DNA of 63,897 bases, filler included, from Octopus bimaculoides (lineage: Eukaryota), in NCBI RefSeq assembly GCF_001194135.2. It is 8 parts of 7 records of this genome, joined end to end, with 100 filler letters (N's around TTAATTAATTAA, not from the genome) between each part and the next. Parts side by side here need not be neighbours in the genome. Positions count along the whole stretch, not along the records: positions 1 to 16,697 come from NW_026409213.1; 7 more parts are not named here. One strand, 5' to 3'. The notes beneath the pieces were generated by a model. The model was not told the DNA's origin. It worked only from the letters and a program-made list of their open reading frames with translations, and did not search any database. Below are positions 1-10,877 of this stretch, in pieces. Each line of letters starts with the position of its first letter. The stretch's first letter is position 1. Position numbers and translations under genes: made by a program.

Positions 1-415
1 TATAAGACATAAAGTAGGAAGAAGAAAAATCCATAAAAATGTGGAAAAAACAAGAGCGGTTCACTAACTATGAAAAATCTACAGAGAAAAATCCATTATG
101 AAATTGAAACCACAACAAAAAAATGAGAAAATCGAAAACAAACATAAGACACAAACCCCAGAGGAACCGAACTAAGGTACCAAACCTCTGGTTACCCTAT
201 AATATATGCAGAAATGACCTCCATCTCACCCCAGGTGCAAACTAGAAGCTCATATTCTGGAATACATAATACTGCAATAAGCCAACACATGAAATATAGG
301 AGACAGCTATCAACCCATAATATCAAACACCCTAGATGGACAAATACATGGGAAAAAAACACATGAGAGACAACATATAGATAACCACCAACTCGTAATA
401 CCATGTACCCTAGAT

Positions 416-697
416 CAGTGCTACTCAAAGTAGTGGTCCACAGACCGGTGCCGGTTCACTTCTGATACACAGCGAGTTTCCAGAAAAGAAACATTAAAAA
501 ATGCATATAGAATGTTAATGTAATATATTATTTGTATACAAAATAAATAAGATTAAAAAAATTGTCAACTTTTATTATATTCATTATATATGTTGTTTCC
601 AGTATAAATTGATATTATTTAAGAAATATTACCAGTCCTTAGCACATTGGAAAAAAATACTGCCAGTATGCCACAGCAGATAGTTCAAGAAGCACTG
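416..697. mobile_element. hAT/Charlie-type MITE (282 bp)
   Basis: Imperfect TIRs CAGTGCTACTCAAA (416) and CAGTGCTTCTTGAA (rc, ending 697); perfect 8-bp TSD CCCTAGAT at 408-415 and 698-705, with the Charlie-like CTAGA core. Confidence 0.88.
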
Positions 698-1269
698 CCC
701 TAGATGGATGAATCCATGGGAAGAAAGACAAAAAAGAATATGGACAACACAGAAGCCATTATAGGAATAACTGCCATGGTACCTCAAGAAGCCCTTGATT
801 TACGACTAAAAATCCTATATATCCTGAATGACCCAAAAAACATGGAAGATGGGAAGAAAACAGAACTGTAGACAACGGAATTTGTACAAAAAACATGAGC
901 CATCCCACCGCCTACATGGAGACACAGTAGCACAATTCCTTTTTTTTAGGGAGAAAATACACAATCATGCACCAAACCCGACACAACACAAAATATTAAT
1001 GAACACACAGAACATATAGAGCATATATGTTAAAGATAAAAAGAGAAGACGGAATATACCAACAAACAAATTTACATTATCACAATTGTTTCATCATCAA
1101 AATGCACTGCTCCCTTGTGGGCGTGGAACGATGCAATAACACCAGATGCAACTCACAATGCATAGAAGACTCCTCAGGTGGGATTATAATGTTTTAAGCT
1201 GAGAGATTAACATTGAGCCTACAGAACCCATGCACCAACAGCATGATGAATCGACAACCAATTGGTTAA

Positions 1270-1690
1270 TTTTCGCATGACTCGTAACATCTCCTATAAA
1301 TGCACTGTGCATATGAGGGGAGGCCCTTATGTTTATGTTGGTGCCACAGTTGATTTCTTTCAGGAATCGATATAGAAATCATTTCTCTAGTTTTAGAAAA
1401 CTGAACAAGACACGTGACATCACTGGCAGATTTTCTATGGCAATTGAAAACCAGCAGGATTAAATATGAGATTACATGGTCAGTTATAAAATGCACAAAA
1501 CCCTACTACTCACATTCTAGGACCCGTGGATTGTGCTCTGTAGAATCCCTATCAATATTGCTTACTCATGAAAGGGTCATTAATAAATTAACAGAACACA
1601 TTACATGTTGTTTACATGCCATAAAAGCCACCTTCAAATATTACTACCCTGTAAACACAGCACTGAACTGCCATAATCCACATTGAACAG
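1270..1690 (+). mobile_element. Penelope-like element, degenerate GIY-YIG endonuclease end
   Basis: Frameshifted pieces ISYKCTV, YVYVGAT, RNRYRNHFSSFR, TSLADFLWQLKTSRIKYEITWSVIK match the PLE endonuclease layout (VIYKATV..YIG..RYxNHxSSF..SLSxYIWxLK). Confidence 0.75.
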
Positions 1691-1789
1691 TGAACATCAT
1701 GCTATCATTTCAAACACTGCTATGTGCCCATGAACAGGTGTGTGGGCCTTTGCCCATGTGCTGTTTACTATTCTGTACTTGCATGTGTG

Positions 1790-2400
1790 TCTGAGTAATT
1801 TTATGAGTGTGTGCATGTAGGTGCAAAGTTGAGGTGTTTTTATATGCCTGTGTGTATATATAAATGCTGAATGGAAGTCTCTGGTGTGTACTCATGTGTA
1901 CATAAGTATATGTGTATGACCATGTATGTATGTATGTATAACTATGTGAGTGTATAAGTGTACTTGCCTGCAGACATGTGAGACTATGGGTGTTAATATA
2001 CATTTTCATTTGTATGTCCTGTGGTATGAGTGTGATGTGGTGTGTAGATGTGTGAGTGGGATCTGTTAGTATTATGTGAAGATGTGAGTGTGCCTGTGGG
2101 AGTCTGTGGCTGTATCTGTATGTGTGTGCATGTGCTCTATGGAGGTAGTGTTGATGTGATCTCTGTATGGGTCAGGGTGGGTGAATTTTTGCGCCCTGAG
2201 GGATGTGTCCATGTGTGCAAGTGTGTTTCTGTATGTCTGTATAACTGTGTGTGTGCGTGATTGACTGACATACATACATGTGGTTGTATGTGCTGGCATA
2301 TGCCCATGAGTATAATTATTAATCTGTGCATCTATATGTCTTTGAATTTTATGTAAATGTATGTATGTATGCGTCTGTCTGTGCATTTGTCTGTTAAAAT
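1790..2400. repeat. Degenerate (TG/TATG)-rich low-complexity tract
   Basis: Direct reading: decayed TG/TGTA repeats; the overlapping ORFs are H/T/Y or V/C low complexity. Confidence 0.7.
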
Positions 2401-2674
2401 TTCTCAATACAGCGAAGCTCAAATGTAAATTTCTCAGCTTAAAACCTTATCGCACCTGTGCATCTTGAAGATGTTGTGGTAATATAAATTTTTTTGTTGT
2501 TACATTCCACCTTATCTTTTTATCTTTAATATATACCCAACATCCATCCTGAAATTCCTGGAATTATTACAATGATGTTTGCTAAGTATCACTGGTGAAC
2601 ATACTCCACTGACACATAACATGGGACTTACCCTGAAATAAGGTTTACATACTGTGTTTAACCATAATTTTTTA

Positions 2675-2738
<64 letters not shown>

Positions 2739-2739
2739 C

Positions 2740-2843
2740 ATAGGGAGAATTCACAAAAAAACAACAGACGAAGACAGGTGGTGTAGAAAACAAATAGATG
2801 TATTAGTATAACGCTTGGGAATTGAAAAAGTCTTTAACGTTAT
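2740..2843 (-). repeat. Short interspersed repeat (PLE-terminus-like), truncated at AACGTT
   Basis: Same family as 6575-6695, 8355-8420 and 61821-61940 (GGAGAATTCACAAAAAAA..GACGAAGACAGGTGGTGTAG). Confidence 0.6.
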
Positions 2844-2899
2844 AATTAAGTCTTTAATGGAGACACAGTGGCACAATTTACCTTAATTATATATATATA

Positions 2900-3506
2900 C
2901 TAGCAGTATAACCCGACCTTGTCCGGGTGTGACTTATTACGCCATCTACGAAAAGTCATGTTAGGTGAAAATCAACTAAAAAAGAAAGCCTTACAACGAA
3001 AAAACCTTTATGATGTAAATATGTTCATTATTCAAAAGATGATGAAATTAATAGGGAAAGTTTGAAGGCTGTTTGGCATAACATTATTAAGCGTACGTAA
3101 ATTTCATCTGTCTAATTCGCTATAGAAATGCTTGTGCAAAACAACTTTTTGCGCTGCCCTGATTATACATACCAGGGTAATCCCTTTTTGCAGGAGCTAG
3201 TATGGCAATTTGTGATGAAGCAATTGCTGGCGATCTGTTGCTACACAGTTTTGCCAGAATTCTATCAGATTAGGCAGAAGATGTTGATGCACCATTTTGC
3301 ATTATGTTCAAAGTAGCTTCTGGAATGTGGTGAATTGCTGCAGTCTGTTGCTGTCATTTTAAACCAGTTGCTTTCTTTCCCCAGCAAACTCTCTTCTTTG
3401 GAGGCATAATCTATGTACATATTAAACAGAACAACAGTTATAATAGATGGCAGGGTCAGTAATTTTCACATTTCTGTAATTTTTCAGATTTACACCTGCA
3501 CGATTA
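2900..3506 (-). mobile_element. Non-autonomous Helitron-like element (3' terminus at 2900)
   Basis: Minus strand ends in CTAG followed by T, with subterminal hairpin ACCCG..CGGGT (2911-2928), the usual Helitron 3' signature. 5' limit uncertain; internal MPPKKR-starting decayed frame not identified. Confidence 0.55.
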
Positions 3507-3580
3507 CCCAACCCTAACCCTAAAACCCTAAACCTAAACCTAACCCTAACACTAACCCCTAACCGTAACCCTAAAACCCC
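3507..3580 (+). repeat. Degenerate interstitial (CCCTAA)n telomere-like tract
   Basis: ACCCTAACCCTAAAACCCTAAACCTAAACCTAACCCTAACACTAACCCCTAACCGTAACCCTAAAACCCC; short echo at 3859-3878. Confidence 0.8.
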
Positions 3581-4460
3581 AGTGAAAATCGTGGTATATT
3601 TACCAAACATTGACGAACATGAGTTATATTGTAGTCAATGATTGTGTGTACAGGTAGAAGGGAAGAAATATAAAAGTTGCTAGAAACAACAACCAAATCT
3701 CCCTTAAATCACACAAAGTAAACGGAATTTTAAAATTTTTACATCAATGGAATTTTTTCGATGTGAACTTTCCAGTGCAGTAATTACGTGCTCAACATAT
3801 AATGTAGAGAGTAAGAGTAAGAGAGAGAGAGAGAGAGAGAGAGAGAAAGTGATACATAAACCCTAACATTAACACCTAGTGAAAATCGTGGTATATTTAC
3901 CAAACATTGATGAACATGAGTTATATTGTAGTGAATGTTTTTTTGTGAGAGAGAAGAGGGAGAGGGGAAGAGGGAGAAAGGAATAGAGATGGTAATAATG
4001 AAGAGAGAGAAAGAGAGAACGGAAGACAGTTATAAAATAGCAATGCGTGCACGTGTTTATATAAGAAACACAGAAACTAAATCTTATATTTATAATGTTG
4101 ATGTGTGTATGTGTTTATGTGTATGTTGTTACAGATCACGTATGTGTGGTTGTCTGTGTTTTTACGTATCTATGGTATAAAAATAGGTAAAGAATACTGA
4201 GAGGAAAGTTTAATCTATGATTTTGTATGTATCACTTTCTCTCTCTCTCTCTCTCTCTCTCCCTTTTACTCTTACTCTCTATATTATATGCTGAGCACGT
4301 GTGTAAGAACAACGATCCAGGTAGAAGGGAAGAAATATAAAAGTTGCTAGGAACAACAGCCAAATCTCCCTTAAATCACACAAATTAAACGGAATTTAAA
4401 AAATCTAATTACTGCACTGGAAAGTTTACATCGAGAAAATTCCATTGATGTAAAAATTTT
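3581..4460. repeat. Mosaic of duplicated blocks A-B-C-D-A'-E-D(rc)-B'-C(rc)
   Basis: A 3581-3640/3878-3937 direct; B 3651-3735/4318-4403 direct; C 3733-3786 vs 4406-4460 inverted; D 3786-3858 vs 4226-4300 inverted. Confidence 0.85.
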
Positions 4461-4626
4461 TACGAAAAAGTGGCAAATGTGAATTTCTATACACTTTTAA
4501 AAAGGCTTCACACAATCACACAACTTCAGCTTTATATATCAAGATAACTAAGCGCATAGAAGCCACGAAATTTACACATGTGCTGAAATCGAAGTGACAA
4601 GCTAATGGAAGTTAATAATATAGATG

Positions 4627-4683
4627 GCCCTGGATTAGCTAATTTCTGGATTTGCTCAGTGGCTTTTCCTTCTTCAACAGGAT
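4627..4683 (-). ncRNA. Type I hammerhead-ribozyme-like motif, copy 1
   Basis: rc reads AUCCUG-UUGAAGA-A-GGA..UCC-A-GAA-AUUAGCUAAU-C-CAGGG: stem I, C3U core, GAAA, perfect palindromic stem III, AUC site; extra A on both sides of stem II. Confidence 0.4.
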
Positions 4684-5128
4684 ACAAATACAGGAAATAA
4701 ATGAGATATTTATATGTACCCACAGGAAAGCAAAATGCAAATCCATAAACACATATAAATACCCAAGATACCCCTACACTAAATTTCTTAAGCGGTGAGA
4801 AGATTTAGCATCTATTTCAGCATATAGGCTGGAAAATTTCTATGCCCTTAATTATAAATATAATTTCACTTTAATTGGGTTTTTTTTATAAGCTGGCCAC
4901 TGATAAAATTTTCTTTTAAAAATTTTATCCTTTGTTATTGTAATTGAAAAATCTCTATTCACTTCAGCACAGCATAGCCCCCTATGTGTTTTGCGACCAA
5001 CTACACATGTTGCTGAGGCAAGCTACAAAGTTTGTGTGCAGGTGTCTGGGGTATTATATGTATTTATGGCTTTGCATTTTGCTTTCCTGCAAGTATGCAT
5101 ATATATCTCATTTATTTCGTGTATGTGT

Positions 5129-5185
5129 ATCCTGCTGAAGAAGGAAAAGCCATTGGGCAAATCCAGACATTAGCTGATCCAGGGT
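5129..5185 (+). ncRNA. Type I hammerhead-ribozyme-like motif, copy 2
   Basis: AUCCUG-CUGAAGA-A-GGA-AAA-GCC-AUUG-GGC-AAA-UCC-A-GACA-UUAGCUGAU-C-CAGGGU: stem I 6 bp, intact CUGANGA, but GAAA mutated to GACA. Confidence 0.35.
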
Positions 5186-6574
5186 TAACTATATTATTAA
5201 TTTTCATTAGCTTGTTGCTTCAATTTCAGCACGTGTAAATTTTGTGACTTCGTGGGTGTTGAGATAATTTAGCATCTATTTCAACATATGTGCACCAGCA
5301 TGACCGCAGCCACTTGGCTGAAACACATAAATAAATAAATAAATATAGGCTAGAAAATTCCTATGCCCTTCATTATAAATACAATTTCACCTTAATCGGT
5401 CTTTTTTTATATGCTGGACACTGATAAAATGTTGTTTTTTTTTTATTTTATACTTTGTTATTGTATATATATGTGTATATACATTGAGAAAAAAAGTCAT
5501 CAGAATTTTGGAAAAAAATCTTTTTATTTCTTTATTATTATAATCACTTTCATTCGTTTCTGGAACTTGTCAAATAAAATTTTATGAATGTACAAACAGC
5601 TTGTTCATTTATATAAAACATGTTTTGGTGAGATTTTGTTTAGAAGAAGAGAAGATTTTTTTTGTTTTCTTGGGTGAGGTTCCATGACAATGGAGAAGGA
5701 TAGATAGAAATATAGGTAGGTAGATAGGCTGATAGATAGATAGACAGATGGATGCATGGTCAGACAGACAGACAGATAGAGAGATGGGGGATCCCCCTTC
5801 CTATTTACCATTCATTTATTCATTTCTCATTGTATAAGAATGGATTTAAGGATGGTGACCTCTTCCCCACCAAAAAAAAAAAAACAGGTGTGGTGTGGTT
5901 ATCCCTGAAAGTCTTTTTGCTTTCTTTCCCCCTTCTTCCCTTTTCGTTTTTTCTCCTCTTTCCTTCTTTTTTCCTCTTTCTTTTTCTCCTCTTTGAGTTA
6001 TATTTAGAATACAAAATGTACTGTCTCCTCTTTTCTTTCAAACATTCAATTTTGGAGAGAATTTTTTGATGAAATGTAGTTCTGCATGAAAAAACATTAG
6101 TATGATATTTGAAAATTCAAAAAATTTTAAATAGGTAAATAAATAACAAAATAAAATATATATGCAAGAGTGGCTGTGTGGTTTTTCTCAATATTCAATT
6201 TCTGTACATCACTCCTAACACTCTATACATATGTATATTCACCTATCGCTCAGTATCTCTCCACTATTAGTTTTCTGTAAATTTCTTTCTTTCTCCTCCT
6301 TCTTTTTCTATAAACTGCCTTTGATGTTATATCTATTAACGTTTTTTTTTAAATACTTGCTAACATTCCCATCATCATATACGCAGTCACCACATTCTGT
6401 TAAAATGTCTTACTGATGTGTTTGGTTTCTTTCTTTCCTGATGAGAAGATTGCATTGTTTTACATCATTTTATTCCTTCTGGAATAATACCAATGTTTTC
6501 TTTGAAACATATGTTGGAAGTAAAAAGATTTGAATAACACCTGCATTTAACTCCATTTATATATATATAGTTCA

Positions 6575-8035
6575 AATTTACAGAAAAACAAAAGATGAAG
6601 ACAAGTGTAGGAACAACAAGCTGGTGTACTGGTTTGATGCTGAAGAAAAATGGAAAAGTATTTTATGTTTCAAGCTTACACTCTCCAACAGGAAGGAATA
6701 GGAGGGGGAAAATGGAGAGGGAATGAAAAAAAAAAAAACAGTGAGAGAAAACAACATGCCGTATGACTTGAAAAAACAGAGGTTGAATGAAAGGGAGATA
6801 ATAATGGTGATCCCAATGAACTATGGTGTGCGACTGCATGTGTGCATGTAAGAACGGTGTGTGTATGTGTGAATGGAAGTGGTGAATCTGACATGTGTGT
6901 GTGCATGTATATAATGTGTTTGTGTGGTGCGTAGCACAGGTTATGGGCTCTTTTGAAGGAGAGTAGGAGTACGTTAGTGAAGATGTGTGAGGTGGAAGGG
7001 TCAGACTGGAGTTGCCAGAAGGACCAGAGAATGGGGCATTAGAGGGGTAGGTGAGGGGAAACAGGAGATGGGTAAGGGTGGGGGAAGCTGCAAGAAGAAA
7101 GAGCAGAAGCACAGTCCACAAATTGTACTCCTGTGGATAATGATGAGGGAATATCCACGTAGGATGAAGTGGCAAGCCATGAGTTGAGACTGAGTCTTAA
7201 TGTCATGGTCATCACTCCAGAGCCTGCGTAGACAGAGGAATTAGGAACAGGGGGTGGAGAGCTTGGTGTGGGTAGGGTGGAAGGAAAAGAAGTTAAGGTA
7301 GGACTGTGAGTTAGTGTTTTTGTAGTGGATGGAGATAGTGAAGGCGTAGTGGTGTACATGGGCAGAAGTGTTGAGAAATTTGATGGAAGAGTTAAAGATA
7401 GTGCAGGAGAATTCAAGTGCAGGATGGAAGGACTGGACAAAGGAGCAGAAGGAGTTCAGTCATTTGTGGGAGAGTGAGGACACACTGATACAGTCATTGA
7501 TATAATGACCATATAGCTTGGGAGTGGGGTCAGTGAACTGTGAGAATATTTGGGTTCGACGTAGCCAATGAACAGGTTCACATAGGTGGAGGCCCATTCT
7601 TGTTCCCATGGCCACTCCCGAGAACTGTTGGTAAAACTCCCCTGCAAACAAGAAGCAGTTGAAGGAGAGGACAAGTGTGGCCAGATGAAGAAGTATGGAA
7701 GTGTCAGGTTGAGTGTCAGGCCAAAGGTTAAGGAAGTGTTTAAGCGCAATAAGTCCTTCATTGTGTGGCCTCATCGTATACAAACTTTTAATGTCAAGAG
7801 TGAACAGACGGGAAGGAGGTACAGTTAAACAGATGGAGTTCATAATTAGTGATGAGGATGTGTGAGGGGATGGAAGCCACTAGGGCTGCAAGAACACAGT
7901 TGAGGTATTTGGAGATCATTTCCATGGGGCAGTTGCAGGTAGAGATGATGCGGCAACCAGGGTTGTTGAGCTTGTGAATCCTGGGAAGGAAGTAAAATAG
8001 TGGAGGTGCGTGGGGTACAGACAATGAGGTTGGAG
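6575..8035 (-). mobile_element. Penelope-like (Neptune-type) element: RT remnant plus 3' terminal repeat
   Basis: PLFYFLPRIHKLNNPGCRIIS, LFTLDIKSLYT..PHNEGLIALKHFL, YQQFSGVAMGTRMG, YINDC (YIDD) at 7440-8035; 6575-6695 is the repeat family that carries the hammerhead-like motif at 61821. Confidence 0.85.
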
Positions 8036-8204
8036 GCGGCTGTCAGAAAATGTGAGGATGAAATGAGGTACCTTGGTGAAGTACCTTCTACTATAACCTC
8101 AGGCCAACCAAAACTTTGTGAGTGGATTTGGTAGACGAAAACTGAAAGAAGCACTTCATATATATATATATGTATGTGTACCTGTGTTTATACCCCACCA
8201 TTAC

Positions 8205-8345
8205 TTGACTTAGTGGTTTGGCAAAAGAGACAGATAGAATAAGTACTAGGCTTACAAAGAATGAGTCCTGGTGTCCATTTGTTCAACTAAAGGTGGTGCT
8301 CCAGCATGGCCACAGTCAAGTGACTGAAACAAGTAAAAGAATAAA
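8205..8345 (+). mobile_element. SINE 3' half (GCTCCAGCATGGCC..GACTGAAAC tail family)
   Basis: Related copies at 55690-55850 (+) and 58170-58330 (-); adjacent 8085-8155 fragment is repeated at 57480-57553. Confidence 0.7.
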
Positions 8346-9342
8346 ACAATATACATCTATTTGTTTTCTACACCACCTGTCTTCATCTGTTGTTTTTTTT
8401 TTGTGAATTCTCCTTCCCTCTACATATATATATCTGTATATATATATATATNNNNNNNNNNNNNNNNNNNNNNNNNNNNNNNNNNNNNNNNNNNNNNNNN
8501 NNNNNNNNNNNNNNNNNNNNNNNNNNNNNNNNNNNNNNNNNNNNNNNNNNNNNNNNNNNNNNNNNNNNNNNNNATATATAATACAAATAATATGTAAGTA
8601 TATGCATATATATGTACATGTATGTACATACCTACATCTACTTGTATATAGATGCATATCTGGGTAAAGGACGTCACAAAACACTGTGGACAAAATGAAA
8701 AACAGAACATAAACAGAGCACAGAAAACACACAGGCCACATAGAGAACATTTCCTTCAATTGCCACCATTCTAAAACTAAGTGTTTCGAAGAGTTAGGGC
8801 AGGATGCATTGTTAGAATGGCTCTTCCCGCGGAAACAAATCAAATTTGTAATGTGGAGGAATGTAGTGGCGAACAGAAAACACGACAGGAAAACGAAACA
8901 GTGAAAATAAACAAGAAGGGCTATAAGACCAGACGTGAAAAAAATATACATGTATATTGAACGCTGTGATGTGACGAACTGAAAGGAAGAGAGAAGAAAG
9001 ATCGTGCTAGCTTGGCAGTGGCCAAGATAAGAAAGAAAGCAGCAGCAGGACACATGTGACCAGCGAGGGGTAAGGAGAAAGAGTGGTAGAGAGAGAAAAA
9101 GAGGAGGATGTAGAATATAGGTGAGTAACGAGAGACAGAGAGGAAGAGAGAGATATATAGTAGTGAAGGGGAGAAGTGAAGAACAACAGAAGGAAGAATG
9201 AGAGGGGGAGAAAGATACAAAAATAGATAGAGTCGCGTCAGAAATATAAAGTTAAAACTTATTTGCAAAGATGACGCGTGCGTTCGATCATGTAATAATA
9301 CAAATAAAAAGATAGTTCTAAAATCTTTCTAAGAGATGATCA

Positions 9343-9830
9343 CAGTAGTTGTACCAGCAAAGTAATGTTCATAGCCACTTCAACATGGCTGTTCCATTCG
9401 AGCGGAATTTACTGCAATTTGTAACCCCAACAGGACATCTCATCTGGCTGGTTAATGATGCACAGCTGCATCTAATATATTGCGAGCAGGGGAATGAACT
9501 CCTACCACCTTCTAGGGTTGGGACCAGCAAACCAGCCTGGTTTCAGGCTATTTCTGCTTCTCTTCAGTACTGGACACCTTGTCTGCTAGACATGGCAGTA
9601 GCTTGCCTCTGCTCACAATGGATATAAATTCAAGCAACACAAAGTTGTTAATTTTGCAACCAGCTAATAATTGCAGTAGTTGTACAAGCAAGTAATGTTC
9701 ATAGCCACTTCAACATGGCTGCTCCATTCGAGTGGAATTTATTGTGATTTTTTAACCCCAAGAGAATATCACCACTAGCTGGTTAATGATGCACAGCTGC
9801 ATCTGATATATTACAAGCAGAGGAATGAAC
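9343..9830. repeat. ~157-bp direct repeat pair (9343-9499, 9674-9830), period 331 bp
   Basis: CAGTAGTTGTAC..AGTAATGTTCATAGCCACTTCAACATGGCTG..GGTTAATGATGCACAGCTGCATCT..GGAATGAAC occurs twice; the second copy abuts a LINE fragment. Confidence 0.85.
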
Positions 9831-10640
9831 CCATTTACTTTGACTGCTGAACAGATGTTGCCATACATTGCAGCAATCCAGCCTCTGAAAATGGGACTGA
9901 AACCAGCCACTGCAAGGAAAGCCCGCAAGTATTGCTGGCTGACACAATCAAAAGCTTTTGACTGATTCAAATTGATCAGGGCCCCACTCATGCTGGGTTT
10001 CTTCCCTACCTTTTCTATGATGTAGAGAGCAATGATGTGGTGGTTGTCATGGATAGATCAGTTCGGGATAGTGCATGTCTGCAAGTCACTGACCAGTTTA
10101 CCGATGATGAGCACCAACTTCTTGGATAACACCTTGACCAAAATCTTACAATTTGCATTCAGCAGAGTTATGAGCCTGAAATTTATCTGTTTGTTTTTTC
10201 TTGTTCAGGTCTTTTTTAGCAGTACCATCATGCCATGGCTTACAGCACTGGGTATCCTTCCATTCTGCTACCAGTTAAGGTAGACATTCACCAAGAGATC
10301 ACTGAACAAGTCTGGCATATGGAGACAAAGATCAGAGGGCAGACTATCCATCCTGGAGACTTCTCCCACAAGCAGCTCATTATCACATCCCATAGTTCTT
10401 TGGCTGTTATCAGCGTTTCACAGAATTTTGCATCCCTGAACATAAAGCTCAGCATGCTGCCAAGGTAAGAGGTGAAATCCACCCCTGTCCCAACCCATCG
10501 TGTAGTGATACGCCACTGAAATTCCATACACATCTGCTTGGATTCATGTAGCATGCATCCATCCCAGCCCATCAAAAACCTAATTGTGGCTTTGTTGCCA
10601 CACTGCAGCTTTGCCACCCAAGCCCATTGAATTACTTTCA
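9831..10640 (-). mobile_element. Tx1/L1-clade LINE RT fragment
   Basis: KSPGWIV (SPGxDG), GALINLNQSKAFDCVSQQYL..GFSPIFRGWIAAMY..AVKVNG; homologous to 20600-21300. Confidence 0.8.
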
Positions 10641-10679
10641 TCCCTTCATGTCTTAGAGCACTCCAAGCTCAGTAACAAT

Positions 10680-10862
10680 TTTGGGGAAGGGAATGAGTCA
10701 ATTACATTGACCCCAGTGTTCAACTGGTACTTATTTTTAGTGACCACAAAAGGATGAAAGGTAAAGTTGACCTCAATGGAGTTTGAACTCAGAACATAAC
10801 AACAGGCAAAATACCCACAAAGTATTTCATTCAGGTCGCCGATTCTGCCAGTTCGTCGCCTT
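10680..10862 (-). mobile_element. tRNA-derived SINE (GGCGAGCTGG head, GAGTTCAAA B-box, TTTCATCCTTT..GGTCGA..AAGTACCAG core)
   Basis: One of >10 copies in the window; CpGs decayed; (AAT)-type flanks. Confidence 0.8.
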
Positions 10863-10877
10863 AATAATAACAATAAT

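Larger units (their letters stand above)
4560..5465. repeat. Diverged inverted pair X (4560-4778 rc / 5035-5250) plus direct pair Y (4796-4942 / 5260-5465)
   Basis: Read directly. Y' carries a ~55-bp SINE-tail insertion (GACCGCAGCCACTTGGCTGAAACAC(ATAA)n). Confidence 0.8.

Noticed and set aside
3507-3580. True telomere or chromosome-fusion scar
   Set aside because: Short, highly degenerate, single orientation, embedded in repeat-like sequence.
6584-6657. Apparent plus-strand exon KTKDEDKCRNNKLVYWFDAEEKWK
   Set aside because: It is a decayed copy of the PLE-terminus repeat seen at 2740 and 61860.
6663-7440. Pro/Ser/Thr-rich minus ORFs as mucin-like proteins
   Set aside because: Pyrimidine-rich 3' region of the PLE; composition effect with no consistent frame.
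8780-8835. GAAGAG..CTCTTC hairpin followed by GAAAC (minus strand) as a hammerhead
   Set aside because: CUGANGA is absent (reads CGCGGGA); at best a dead relic.
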